This document shows positions 1 to 7,995 of a stretch of DNA of 64,000 nucleotides, in pieces; position 1 is the first letter of the stretch, and each line of letters begins with the position of its first letter. The DNA is taken from contig DATCGV010000081.1 of the NCBI GenBank assembly GCA_036508755.1, forward strand, positions 67,062 through 131,061. The letters run 5' to 3'. The stretch comes from Candidatus Limnocylindrales bacterium. Lineage in GTDB: Bacteria > Chloroflexota > Limnocylindria > Limnocylindrales > CSP1-4. A model generated the notes under the pieces. It did not search any database and was not told the DNA's origin. It saw nothing but the letters and a program-made list of their open reading frames with translations. The translations under genes and the position numbers were made by a program.

Positions 1-639
1 CGATTTGGCCCGCTCCGCGGCGCGCGCGCCCTGCGCCGCCTCAATGGCCGTCAGCCGATCGTTGAGCTTCTCGAAGCCCTGGTTGATCTCCGTGCGGAAC
101 TGGTGCATCGGTGAGCCGAGCCGGGTCGGGTCGAGCAGCTGGGCGAGGCGTGAGGCGTCGCCGTCGAAATAGGTCCCGAGCAGCGCGCGCATTCGCCCGA
201 TGGCCGAGTCGCGCTTGGTCTCATCGAACAGCTCCGACACGAACCTGTTGAGCTGGCCGCGATCGCCGAGGAACTTCTCCAGAGTGCGCGGCAGACGTCC
301 GTCCTGATCACCGAAGTTCTGGCGCAGGACCTGGTCGAGCTCATGAGCGGCGCGCTCACTGACATTTGCACTGCGCTCGAGGAGACCGTCAAACTCGCGC
401 CGCACCAGGTCGACGTCGAGCGATGTGCCGGCGTCCTGCAGGGCGTGCAGGCCGACGCGCAGCGCGCGCTCGATCAGCTCCGGCCGGTCGTCTGCCGGCC
501 GTTGCGCGACGAAAGCAGCGAGCGACCGGTCCGCGACTCGTATCTGCTCGACGACGATCGTCTCTTCGTCGACGCGAACCGACGGCCGAAGCGGGTGTGC
601 GTGGGCGACCGGAAGGGCGACGATCTGGGCGGTTTCCAT
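1..639 (-). CDS. hypothetical protein, N-terminal 213 codons only (gene continues past left edge)
   Basis: Absent from the ORF track because no stop lies in the window. The reverse complement of 639..1 reads METAQIVALPVAHAHPLRPSVRVDEETIVVEQIRV...FRTEINQGFEKLNDRLTAIEAAQGARAAERAKS with no stop and strong GC3 bias. ATG at 639-637. No family recognised. Confidence 0.6.
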   Translation of the reverse strand, partial: METAQIVALPVAHAHPLRPSVRVDEETIVVEQIRVADRSLAAFVAQRPADDRPELIERALRVGLHALQDAGTSLDVDLVRREFDGLLERSANVSERAAHELDQVLRQNFGDQDGRLPRTLEKFLGDRGQLNRFVSELFDETKRDSAIGRMRALLGTYFDGDASRLAQLLDPTRLGSPMHQFRTEINQGFEKLNDRLTAIEAAQGARAAERAKS

Positions 640-704
640 GGCTGCATCGTCGGGACTGCGAGTGACAGCTAGGCTGTCACTCCTTCGCGCCGGAGAGGGA
701 CGAC

Positions 705-1211
705 TTGATCTATCTCGCACACGGGGCGTCGGGCAACGCCACGAGCATGCAGCCCTACGTCGACGGCCTGTTGCGACGCGGGATGGGCGCCGCGACTGTT
801 CAGCTGCCGCGGGGCGCGGCCGAGCGCGCGCTCGATCCCTATCGCGCGCAGGTAACCGATTATGCGGGCGCGGTCATCGGCGGCCATTCCTTCGGCGGCC
901 GCGTCGCGAGCATGCTCGCGTCGCTGGAGCCACCCCGCGGCCTCGTTCTGCTCAGCTACCCGCTCCACCGTCCGGGGCGCCCCGATGAGCAGCGCACCGG
1001 CCACTGGCCGCATATCGCCTGCCCGGTCCTGCTGCTCTCAGGCGAATCCGACCCGTTCGCCCGCGTCGACCTGCTGCGTGCGGCGGTAGAGACCCTGCCC
1101 AGCGCCGAGCTGATCACTTACAGCGGCGTGGGCCACGGCCTGCTCAGCGTCATCGAGGGCGCGCTCGACCAGGTCGCCGCATTCGTCGACGGCCTGCCGC
1201 CGTCGAGCTAG
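705..1211 (+). CDS. small alpha/beta-fold hydrolase (dienelactone-hydrolase/KANL3-like)
   Basis: TTG start at 705 preceded by GGAGAGGGA. 168 aa with a GHSFGG nucleophile elbow and later SGESDPF and GVGHGL segments, consistent with a Ser-Asp-His triad. Confidence 0.75.
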   Translation: MIYLAHGASGNATSMQPYVDGLLRRGMGAATVQLPRGAAERALDPYRAQVTDYAGAVIGGHSFGGRVASMLASLEPPRGLVLLSYPLHRPGRPDEQRTGHWPHIACPVLLLSGESDPFARVDLLRAAVETLPSAELITYSGVGHGLLSVIEGALDQVAAFVDGLPPSS

Positions 1212-3046
1212 CGCAGGGACAGATCCAGCGTCGAGCTCTGGCTTCCACCGTTCTTGTCGGTGCCCGCGATCACCAGCTCGAGCGTCCCGGCGTCACCGCC
1301 CGCCTGGAGCGCGAGTGTGACCTTGTACTTCGTGCCGCTGACGTGTGTTGCCGTCGCATCCCATGTCGCGAGGCCTGGCTGATTGACGTGGATGATGAGC
1401 GGCCCCGACAGCTTCTCCGTGCTGGTGATCGCCAGCGTCAGGCTCGAACCACGCGCCGGTGAGTCGATTGACGGCGTGGCCCTGAACGCGCCGGCGTAGA
1501 CCTGACGGGACTGCGAGTACGTGCCGAGGCTGGTCGTTGCGGTCACAACGCTGTCGTACCAGCCGTCGGGTGCCCAGCCGCCAGTATCCGTTCGGCCGTC
1601 CCAGGTGAAGGTCAGCTTGCCGAGCGATGCCTGGGAGGCTGTTCGCGCCGTCCGGACCACGTCGCCAGCCTGATCGACGATTTGCCAGCTGACCTGGGCC
1701 GGCTCGCTGACGGTAACGGCAAGCTTGACCGACCTGGACAAGCTGTCCCCGTCACGCGCGAAGAAGGCGAGGCTCGAAGGCTTGCCCAGCTTGATGGCAG
1801 TCAGGACCAGCGCCTGGACCGAAACCGGTGTCCCCGTTTCGCCGGAGCTGTCACGCGGCACATACGTCAGCGTGTACAGCCCGTCTGGCACGACCGAGCC
1901 GGCATCGTTCTTGCCGTTCCACTCAGACGTGGTCGTGCCCTGGGCCGACAAGACCGAGTAGGTACGCACAGACTGGCCGTCCGAATCCGTCACGGTCGCA
2001 TCGAGGTAGGCGGACCGCGTGACGGTATGGCTCAGGACGAGCGTGTCGTCGATGCCATCACCGTTGGGATGGAACGAGACAGGCTGACCGGCTGCGGCAC
2101 CTGGGCCGCTCGGGCTGCCGTCGCCGGCGGTCAAAGAGGTGATCTCGGGCGGATCGTTGGAGTTGCCGCCGCCGCTGAGCGAGCCGGTAGCGGTCGACCT
2201 GAAGTCAGATGCGGTCATGGTCAGGTCGCCCGTAACGGCGCGGTAGTAGCCGACCTTCTTGTGCGGGTCAAGGTGAATCGTCGCCCCGGGTGTGCGCTCC
2301 GAATCGAAGCGCGCCTCGTTCCAGCCGGTGAAGCCTGCCGGCGAGCCAGCCAATGCACCGCCTGCGGGGGTCATGAACAGCTGGTCCATCGTCTCGTCGG
2401 ACGTCATCAGCGCCTGCGGATAATCCAGGTGCTGCCACCAGCCGTAGGCAAAGACGGCGCGCGCACCGATCGACAGCCAGCCGCTGGCGAAGTTGTCGAC
2501 GCGCTCACGTGCGAGATCCACGCCCGGGATGGCCATCCCGGGCTCGCCGTTGCCGGCCGAGTAGCACAGGTGGTTGAGATAGACGATGGCGTTCGGTGCG
2601 AGCGTGATGCTCTCTTCGAGCTTCGTCGCGCCGTAATACGTGTACTGGTTGGTGCCGCTGCCGTCGAAGGAGTTGAGGCCCATCCCGTCCTGGCGCGACT
2701 CGGTCAGCGTGTTCGTGTACGGGCTGGGCCAGCCGTAGCCGTGGCCCATGTATACGACGAGGTTCGCGTCCTGGATGTTGGCGAGCACGTTGTCCCATGT
2801 CGCGTGCGGGAAGAACACGCGGTGGACCTCCATGCCGGCTGCCTCGGCCTGCTCGGCCATCTTCTCCGCGTCGGTCAGGTCGGTGCTGGTCAGCGAGCCG
2901 GTGGGCCCGACGATGAACACGGCTTTGGGGACGGCCGGCGTGTCTGCGCGCGCGGGACGAGCGGCGAGCGGGCCGGGTGTGAGCTGCACGGCGAAGGCGC
3001 ACAGTAGGGCAGCCAATGCCGGACCAAGCCGGCGTCCGATTCTCAA
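1208..3046 (-). CDS. secreted multidomain protein: N-terminal caspase/gingipain-like (His..Cys) domain plus FlgD-Ig-like beta-sandwich repeats
   Basis: Track ORF is 1208..3181. I trim it to the TTG at 3046, which gives a signal peptide MRIGRRLGPALAALLCAFAVQL..ARPARA. The N-domain has strand+HG (LVVYMGHGYG) and strand+C (IVYLNHLCYSAG). The C-half has repeats with FHPNGDGIDDT..PDGLYTLTY and TFTWDGRTDTGGWAPDGWY. The start codon is uncertain. Confidence 0.7.
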   Translation of the reverse strand: MRIGRRLGPALAALLCAFAVQLTPGPLAARPARADTPAVPKAVFIVGPTGSLTSTDLTDAEKMAEQAEAAGMEVHRVFFPHATWDNVLANIQDANLVVYMGHGYGWPSPYTNTLTESRQDGMGLNSFDGSGTNQYTYYGATKLEESITLAPNAIVYLNHLCYSAGNGEPGMAIPGVDLARERVDNFASGWLSIGARAVFAYGWWQHLDYPQALMTSDETMDQLFMTPAGGALAGSPAGFTGWNEARFDSERTPGATIHLDPHKKVGYYRAVTGDLTMTASDFRSTATGSLSGGGNSNDPPEITSLTAGDGSPSGPGAAAGQPVSFHPNGDGIDDTLVLSHTVTRSAYLDATVTDSDGQSVRTYSVLSAQGTTTSEWNGKNDAGSVVPDGLYTLTYVPRDSSGETGTPVSVQALVLTAIKLGKPSSLAFFARDGDSLSRSVKLAVTVSEPAQVSWQIVDQAGDVVRTARTASQASLGKLTFTWDGRTDTGGWAPDGWYDSVVTATTSLGTYSQSRQVYAGAFRATPSIDSPARGSSLTLAITSTEKLSGPLIIHVNQPGLATWDATATHVSGTKYKVTLALQAGGDAGTLELVIAGTDKNGGSQSSTLDLSLR

Positions 3047-3395
3047 TCCACGATCTGGATGCGACGCTCGCTGAGCGCCACTCCTGACTGGCAAAATCCC
3101 TGCCTCCCCTCCAGCCGGAACACCGCACATGGCAGCGGTGACGATGGGCTGTTGTGCGCCTCTCCGTCGGCCGCGTGACACGGGTGCGGCCGCTGAGTTG
3201 GCCCGGCCGACCGCTGGGGCGGTACTGCCACGCGGCCCTGGGGGACCGCGCCGCTTCCTCGAGAAAGGCTATTTCGTTAGGTCGCCGTAACGCGACGCCG
3301 AGAGTATGACCGATGGGTGCAAGCGCCACGCGGCGACCGCGCGGTATTTCGCTCGACGCGTCGGCGCCATTGGGGCATGGAATACCCTTTGGTCG

Positions 3396-4493
3396 ATGAT
3401 TCCCACGGAGACCATCCGGCAGGCGCCAAAGGTCGTGCTCCACGACCACCTCGACGGTGGACTCCGACCGCAAACGGTCATCGAGCTCGCACGCGAGAAC
3501 GGCTACGACGGCCTGCCCACGACCGATCCCGACGAGCTCGCAACCGTGTTCATGGCAGGTGCCAATCGAAAGAGCCTGGTTCTGTATCTCGAGGGCTTCG
3601 AACATACCGTCGGCGTCATGCAGACAGCCGAGGCGATCGAGCGGGTTGCCTACGAATGCGCGATCGATCTGGCGGCCGACGGGGTCGTCTACGCCGAGGT
3701 GCGCTACGCACCGGAGTTGAGCACGCACGGCGGCATGGCGCTCGACGACGTTGTTCGGGCCGTGTTGCGCGGCTTCGCCCGTGGCGAGGTTGACAGCGGG
3801 ATACGGATGGGCTTCATCGTCACCGCCATGCGCCAGTTCGCGCGTTCGATGGAGATCGCGGAGCTTGCCATTCGCTATCGCGATGACGGCGTCGTCGGCT
3901 TCGACGTCGCCGGACCCGAGAAGGGCTACCCGCCGACGCGCTATCTCGACGCCTTCAACCAGATCCACCAGGCCAACTTCAACCTCACGATTCACGCCGG
4001 CGAAGCGTTCGGGCTGCCGTCGATCTGGGAGGCACTGCAGTGGTGCGGCGCGCACCGCCTGGGCCATGGAGTGCGCATCGTCGATGACATCACGGTCCAG
4101 GCGGACGGCCAGGTGCGCATGGGTCGGCTTGCGAACTACGTACGCGACCAGCGCGTGCCGCTCGAGATGTGCCCGACGTCGAACGTTCACACCGGTGCCG
4201 TCGCTTCGATCGAGGAACACCCGATTGACCTCCTCCGAAGGCTGCGATTCCGCGTCACGGTCAACACCGACAACCGACTGATGAGCGGCGTGACGATGAG
4301 CTCGGAGTTCGAGACGCTGTCGCGCGTGTTCGACTTCGGCCTGGACGAGATGCAGTGGCTGACCCTGAACGCGATGAAGAGCGCCTTCGCGCCGTTCGAC
4401 GAGCGGCTGCGGCTGATCAACGGCGTGGTCAAGCCGGGCTACGCGCGACTCATCGCGGAGAGCAACTTCGCCGAGGCCGCCGCCCGCTATTGA
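3396..4493 (+). CDS. add: adenosine deaminase
   Basis: [32 protein letters not shown] and [10 protein letters not shown] motifs. Track ORF starts at 3306; the internal ATG at 3396 ([18 protein letters not shown]) matches the usual N-terminus. Confidence 0.9.
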   Translation: MIPTETIRQAPKVVLHDHLDGGLRPQTVIELARENGYDGLPTTDPDELATVFMAGANRKSLVLYLEGFEHTVGVMQTAEAIERVAYECAIDLAADGVVYAEVRYAPELSTHGGMALDDVVRAVLRGFARGEVDSGIRMGFIVTAMRQFARSMEIAELAIRYRDDGVVGFDVAGPEKGYPPTRYLDAFNQIHQANFNLTIHAGEAFGLPSIWEALQWCGAHRLGHGVRIVDDITVQADGQVRMGRLANYVRDQRVPLEMCPTSNVHTGAVASIEEHPIDLLRRLRFRVTVNTDNRLMSGVTMSSEFETLSRVFDFGLDEMQWLTLNAMKSAFAPFDERLRLINGVVKPGYARLIAESNFAEAAARY

Positions 4494-4498
4494 CGGCC

Positions 4499-4656
4499 GC
4501 CTGATGCGGCCGGTGTGCTGCGTTGTGGGCTTCGCCCGCGACGCTCATGCACGGCAAGTGCACTCGCTCCGCAGTCTCGCCCACGCCTTGCATCCCAGCC
4601 ACCTCAGGCGGCCGTCAGGCTGAGGCTGCGGCCTGATGCGGCCGGTCTGCGGCGTT
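4499..4656. repeat. 26-nt direct repeat pair flanking a 106-nt GC-rich segment (member of a dispersed intergenic element family)
   Basis: 4499-4524 gcctgatgcggccggtgtgctgcgtt versus 4631-4656 gcctgatgcggccggtctgcggcgtt (24/26 identical). The inner segment holds GTGGGC..GCCCAC and CCTCAG..CTGAGG inverted repeats. Lies between the convergent stops of add and the zinc-ribbon gene. Confidence 0.7.
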
Positions 4657-4793
4657 CAGGCGGCGAGCGCGAGCTCCTCTTCCTGCTCCTCCTCGTAGCT
4701 CCACTTCGTGCCGCACTCCGGGCAGGTCTGCTCATCGCCGGCGCGACGCAGGACGAGCTCCGTCTCGCACCACGGGCAGGTCATGTCTTTCAT
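4656..4793 (-). CDS. 45-aa zinc-ribbon protein (CxxC..CxxC) with acidic tail
   Basis: MKDMTCPWCETELVLRRAGDEQTCPECGTKWSYEEEQEEELALAA. The ATG at 4793 is preceded by AAGGAG with a 6-nt spacer. The track ORF (4656..5003) extends upstream in frame, but that part looks non-coding. Confidence 0.65.
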   Translation of the reverse strand: MKDMTCPWCETELVLRRAGDEQTCPECGTKWSYEEEQEEELALAA

Positions 4794-4885
4794 CGTCTGC
4801 TCCTTCATAAGGCGTTCGCTCATCGCACAGCGCAGCCTGGGCCGTCCGTGTGACAGCTCGGGTGTCACGGCCTTAGGCTCGTCGG

Positions 4886-5731
4886 GTGACGAATGAAGAT
4901 GTGCCGTTTGCGGATGGCGAGACAGAGACCAGGACGCAGCCATCGACACCGGCGGCTGAGGACGCTGCCGGCGAGGCAAGCCACGAGCCGGAACGTGGCT
5001 CACGCATCGGCAGCGTCGCCTCGTCGATCGCCGACGCCGCCGGGCCTGTCGTATCCGCGGCGCTGACGCCGGTCAGGGCGCTCGCCAGTGGCGCGAACAG
5101 GATCATGGACAAGCGCGACGGCGCACGCGTCCGGCGCGTTCGGCGGATGGGCCACAGCGAGCTTGTCAATTTGTGGGACGTCCATCCCGAAGCGCGCCGC
5201 GCATCGATCCGCGAGCTCGGTCTCCTGTCGGTCCCGGTTGGCGAGATCAAAGGCACAGCGGTCGAGGGTGCCCCGCAGCGCGGCGGCGACTTCCTGCCGC
5301 TCAAGGACCGCCGCTCCGCTGATTGGCGCGGCCGCTGGCAACGCATCTTGAACGCAATAGACCGGCTGGAAGCGCTGCCCCCAATCGAGCTGATCAGGTT
5401 CGGCGACGAGTTCTGGGTCGTCGACGGCCACAACCGCGTCGCGGCCGCGCTGTACAACGGCCAGGTGGAGCTCGATGCCGTGGTCGAGGAGCTGCGCCTG
5501 CCGGGCGTCAGCTCGACCGCCAACACGCCGGCCAACCTCGCGCCGGTGCTCGAGGGCAGTCTCGACCTGCGTGCGGCAGGCAGCGGACGACTGACCCGCA
5601 CGGCGCTGCGCCCCTCGGACATGGAAGGAGTTCGGCGAGCGCGCCAGCTCGAAGCGGAGCGCGGCCTTGCAGAAGAGCGGGACGCCGCGGATTCGACCGA
5701 CCGGGCGAATCCCCGGGACGGCAGCGGATGA
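4886..5731 (+). CDS. ParB/sulfiredoxin-fold (ParB-like nuclease domain) protein
   Basis: GTG start. The core LPPIELIRFGDEFWVVDGHNRVAAAL carries the DGHxR signature of ParB/Srx-fold domains. N- and C-terminal regions are low-complexity and acidic. Confidence 0.7.
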   Translation: MTNEDVPFADGETETRTQPSTPAAEDAAGEASHEPERGSRIGSVASSIADAAGPVVSAALTPVRALASGANRIMDKRDGARVRRVRRMGHSELVNLWDVHPEARRASIRELGLLSVPVGEIKGTAVEGAPQRGGDFLPLKDRRSADWRGRWQRILNAIDRLEALPPIELIRFGDEFWVVDGHNRVAAALYNGQVELDAVVEELRLPGVSSTANTPANLAPVLEGSLDLRAAGSGRLTRTALRPSDMEGVRRARQLEAERGLAEERDAADSTDRANPRDGSG

Positions 5732-6429
5732 TCCGCCGACTGAGGATCGATTGGCCTGCGGGAGTTGCTCGCACGGAGTCGGAGGCATCGTGGTTGCGCC
5801 TGCTGGCCGTCTCCGACGAGCCTGACCGGGCGCTGGGCTTCGAGCGCAATCGCGCAGTCATCGGCCCCATCGACGCAGTCGTGGGCTGCGGCGACCTGGA
5901 GCCTGATTACCTGAGCTTCCTCGCTGATGCCTTCTGCGTTCCGCTGCTGTATGTGCGTGGCAATCACGATCGCGGCGCGAACTGGCAAGCGACGAATCTC
6001 GTCCTGCCCGCACCGATGACCGGGCGGCGCGAGCGCCTCGCCCGTGCGAGCCTGGTCGGTCTGTCGTGGCCGGGCGACCCGGATCAGGCACGCGCGAGGC
6101 GTGACGACAGGGCCGCGTGGCGCCAGGCACTGAGGATCGGCCTGCGCCCGCGCGGCGACCGGCCAATGATCGTGATCAGCCATGCCCCGCCGCTGGGCCT
6201 GGGCGACAGTCCGGAGGACGCATTCCACCGTGGCTTTGCCGCCTACGAGTGGCTTTGCCGTCGGCTGCACCCGGTGCTCTGGCTGCACGGCCACACGTCG
6301 CTCGCGGCGGCGCGCGAGTGGCGCGTACAGTGGGGCGAGACCACGTTTGCCAACGTCACTGGCGCGGTCCTGGTCGAGATCGGGGACGGCGCCAACACGA
6401 CGCTAACATCCGCCCACCCGGAGCGATGA
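5728..6429 (+). CDS. metallophosphoesterase family protein
   Basis: The ATG at 5728 overlaps the upstream stop (ATGA). Motifs GCGDLEPD, VRGNHD, VISHAPP and WLHGHT are present. The first DxH motif is atypical (VSDEPD). The track ORF start at 5323 is an out-of-gene extension. Confidence 0.8.
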   Translation: MIRRLRIDWPAGVARTESEASWLRLLAVSDEPDRALGFERNRAVIGPIDAVVGCGDLEPDYLSFLADAFCVPLLYVRGNHDRGANWQATNLVLPAPMTGRRERLARASLVGLSWPGDPDQARARRDDRAAWRQALRIGLRPRGDRPMIVISHAPPLGLGDSPEDAFHRGFAAYEWLCRRLHPVLWLHGHTSLAAAREWRVQWGETTFANVTGAVLVEIGDGANTTLTSAHPER

Positions 6430-6469
6430 CCGGGCGCTGCGTCACGCCGTTTCTGCCTAGGAGGAGCTG

Positions 6470-7654
6470 TTGACCCGGATCCTGCTCTACACCGGCAAGG
6501 GCGGAGTGGGCAAGACGAGCGTGGCCGCCGCGACAGCAGTGCTCTGCGCGCGGCGCGGCCTGCGCACGCTCGTCGTCTCGACGGATATCGCCCACAGCCT
6601 CGCTGATGCGTTGGACATGCCGGTCGGTCCCACGCCGCGCGAGGTGGCGCCCAACCTGTGGGCGCACGAGCCGGACGTCTTCTTCAACATCTCGCGCTAC
6701 TGGAAGGTCATCCAGTCGTACTTCTCGAGCCTCTTCTCGTGGGGCGGCCTGGATGAGGTCATGGCCCAGGAGATGACTGTCCTGCCGGGCATGGACGAGC
6801 TGGGCAACCTGCTCTGGATCGGCGACCACGTCGACCAGGGCATGTACGACCTGATCGTCGTCGATGCCGCGCCCACCGGCGAGACCGTTCGCCTGCTGAG
6901 CCTGCCCGAGGCGAGTCGGTGGTGGATCGAGAAGATCGCGCCGATCGGGCGTCGAGTGCAGAAGCTGGGTGGTCCAATCCTGCGCCGCATAGTCGGCGTC
7001 CCGTTGCCGACCGACGCGGTTTACGAGGCCGGCGAGCAACTCCTGGATCGCCTGAAATACGTGCACGACCTTCTCGCTGACCCCGATAAATCATCGGTGC
7101 GGCTCGTGCTCAATCTCGAGCGCGTCTCGATCCAGGAAGCGCAGCGCTCGTTCACCTACTTCCACATGTACGGCTTTCCGACCGACATGATCGTCGCCAA
7201 CCGTGTCCTGCCCGCCGCCAGCGGGTCCTATTTCGATGCCTGGCGCGCGGCCCAGGCGCGCTACCTGCCGATGGTCGAGGAGCAGTTCGCGCCCGTCCCT
7301 GTGCGCACGATCCCGTTCTTCGACAAGGAGATGGTCGGTATCGAGCGGCTGGCGGAGCTCGGCCGCGCCCTCTTTGGCGACACGGACCCGCACGAGTTCC
7401 TGTACCGCGGCCGACCGTATTCGATCACCCGCGAGGACGGCGGCTACACGCTAGCGCTCGAACTGCCGTTCACGACACGCGACGAGATCTCGCTGTCGCG
7501 CTCGGGCGATGAGCTGGTGCTGCAAGTGGGCGCCTGGCGCCGTAATCTCGTCCTGCCGCGGCTCCTGCTTGATGCGCCGACACAGGGCGCGAAAATGGAG
7601 GAGCGCGTCCTCAAGGTCCGCTTTGCCGAGCCGGTCAGGGCGGCGCGCCGATGA
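6470..7654 (+). CDS. ArsA/Get3-family P-loop ATPase with C-terminal HSP20-like domain
   Basis: TTG start after AGGAGGAG. Deviant Walker A YTGKGGVGKTSVAAA, then VVSTDIAHSL and DAAPTGET. The C-terminus ITREDGGYTLALELPFTTRDEISLSRSGDELVLQV..VLKVRF resembles an alpha-crystallin-type fold. Confidence 0.85.
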   Translation: MTRILLYTGKGGVGKTSVAAATAVLCARRGLRTLVVSTDIAHSLADALDMPVGPTPREVAPNLWAHEPDVFFNISRYWKVIQSYFSSLFSWGGLDEVMAQEMTVLPGMDELGNLLWIGDHVDQGMYDLIVVDAAPTGETVRLLSLPEASRWWIEKIAPIGRRVQKLGGPILRRIVGVPLPTDAVYEAGEQLLDRLKYVHDLLADPDKSSVRLVLNLERVSIQEAQRSFTYFHMYGFPTDMIVANRVLPAASGSYFDAWRAAQARYLPMVEEQFAPVPVRTIPFFDKEMVGIERLAELGRALFGDTDPHEFLYRGRPYSITREDGGYTLALELPFTTRDEISLSRSGDELVLQVGAWRRNLVLPRLLLDAPTQGAKMEERVLKVRFAEPVRAARR

Positions 7655-7693
7655 CGAGCACGAATCCCGATCAACAGCCGGAGGGGTAGAGGA

Positions 7694-7993
7694 ATGGATG
7701 ATGGACGTCTGGACCAGATCGAGCGCAAGGTGGCCGACCTGGACCAGCGCGCGAGCTCGATGGAGCGCGCCATGGACACGGTCATGCAACGCTCGCGCGC
7801 GGCGATGGGCGTGATGATCCCGCCCGAGACGCGCAAGCACCTGCGCGCTGCGTGGCGCGAGAACCTGCTCGCAGCGCGCAGCATGCTCGACAACTGGGCA
7901 CAGCACCTGGACGACGGTTCCGCCGCCACGGACGCGGCCGCCGACGCGAGCTCGGCGCGCGACGGCGGGCGCGAGAACATCCCGATCGACTGA
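7694..7993 (+). CDS. small helical hypothetical protein (99 aa)
   Basis: ATG after GAGGGGTAGAGGA. MDDGRLDQIERKVADLDQRASSMERAMDTV... looks predicted-helical with an acidic tail. High GC3. Sits 39 nt after the ArsA-like gene. Confidence 0.6.
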   Translation: MDDGRLDQIERKVADLDQRASSMERAMDTVMQRSRAAMGVMIPPETRKHLRAAWRENLLAARSMLDNWAQHLDDGSAATDAAADASSARDGGRENIPID

Positions 7994-7995
7994 GG

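Noticed and set aside
1682-3007. 441-aa plus-strand ORF antisense to the secreted-protein gene
   Set aside because: It is Arg/Ala/Gly/Pro-rich with no motifs, and it fully overlaps a minus-strand gene that has a signal peptide and domain repeats. Long stop-free antisense frames are expected at this GC content.
3230-3395. Possible purine riboswitch upstream of adenosine deaminase
   Set aside because: Only a short GTCGC-cgtaac-GCGAC hairpin resembles part of the P3 region. No P2 arm or conserved junction sequences could be found, and the candidate P1 encloses too few nucleotides.
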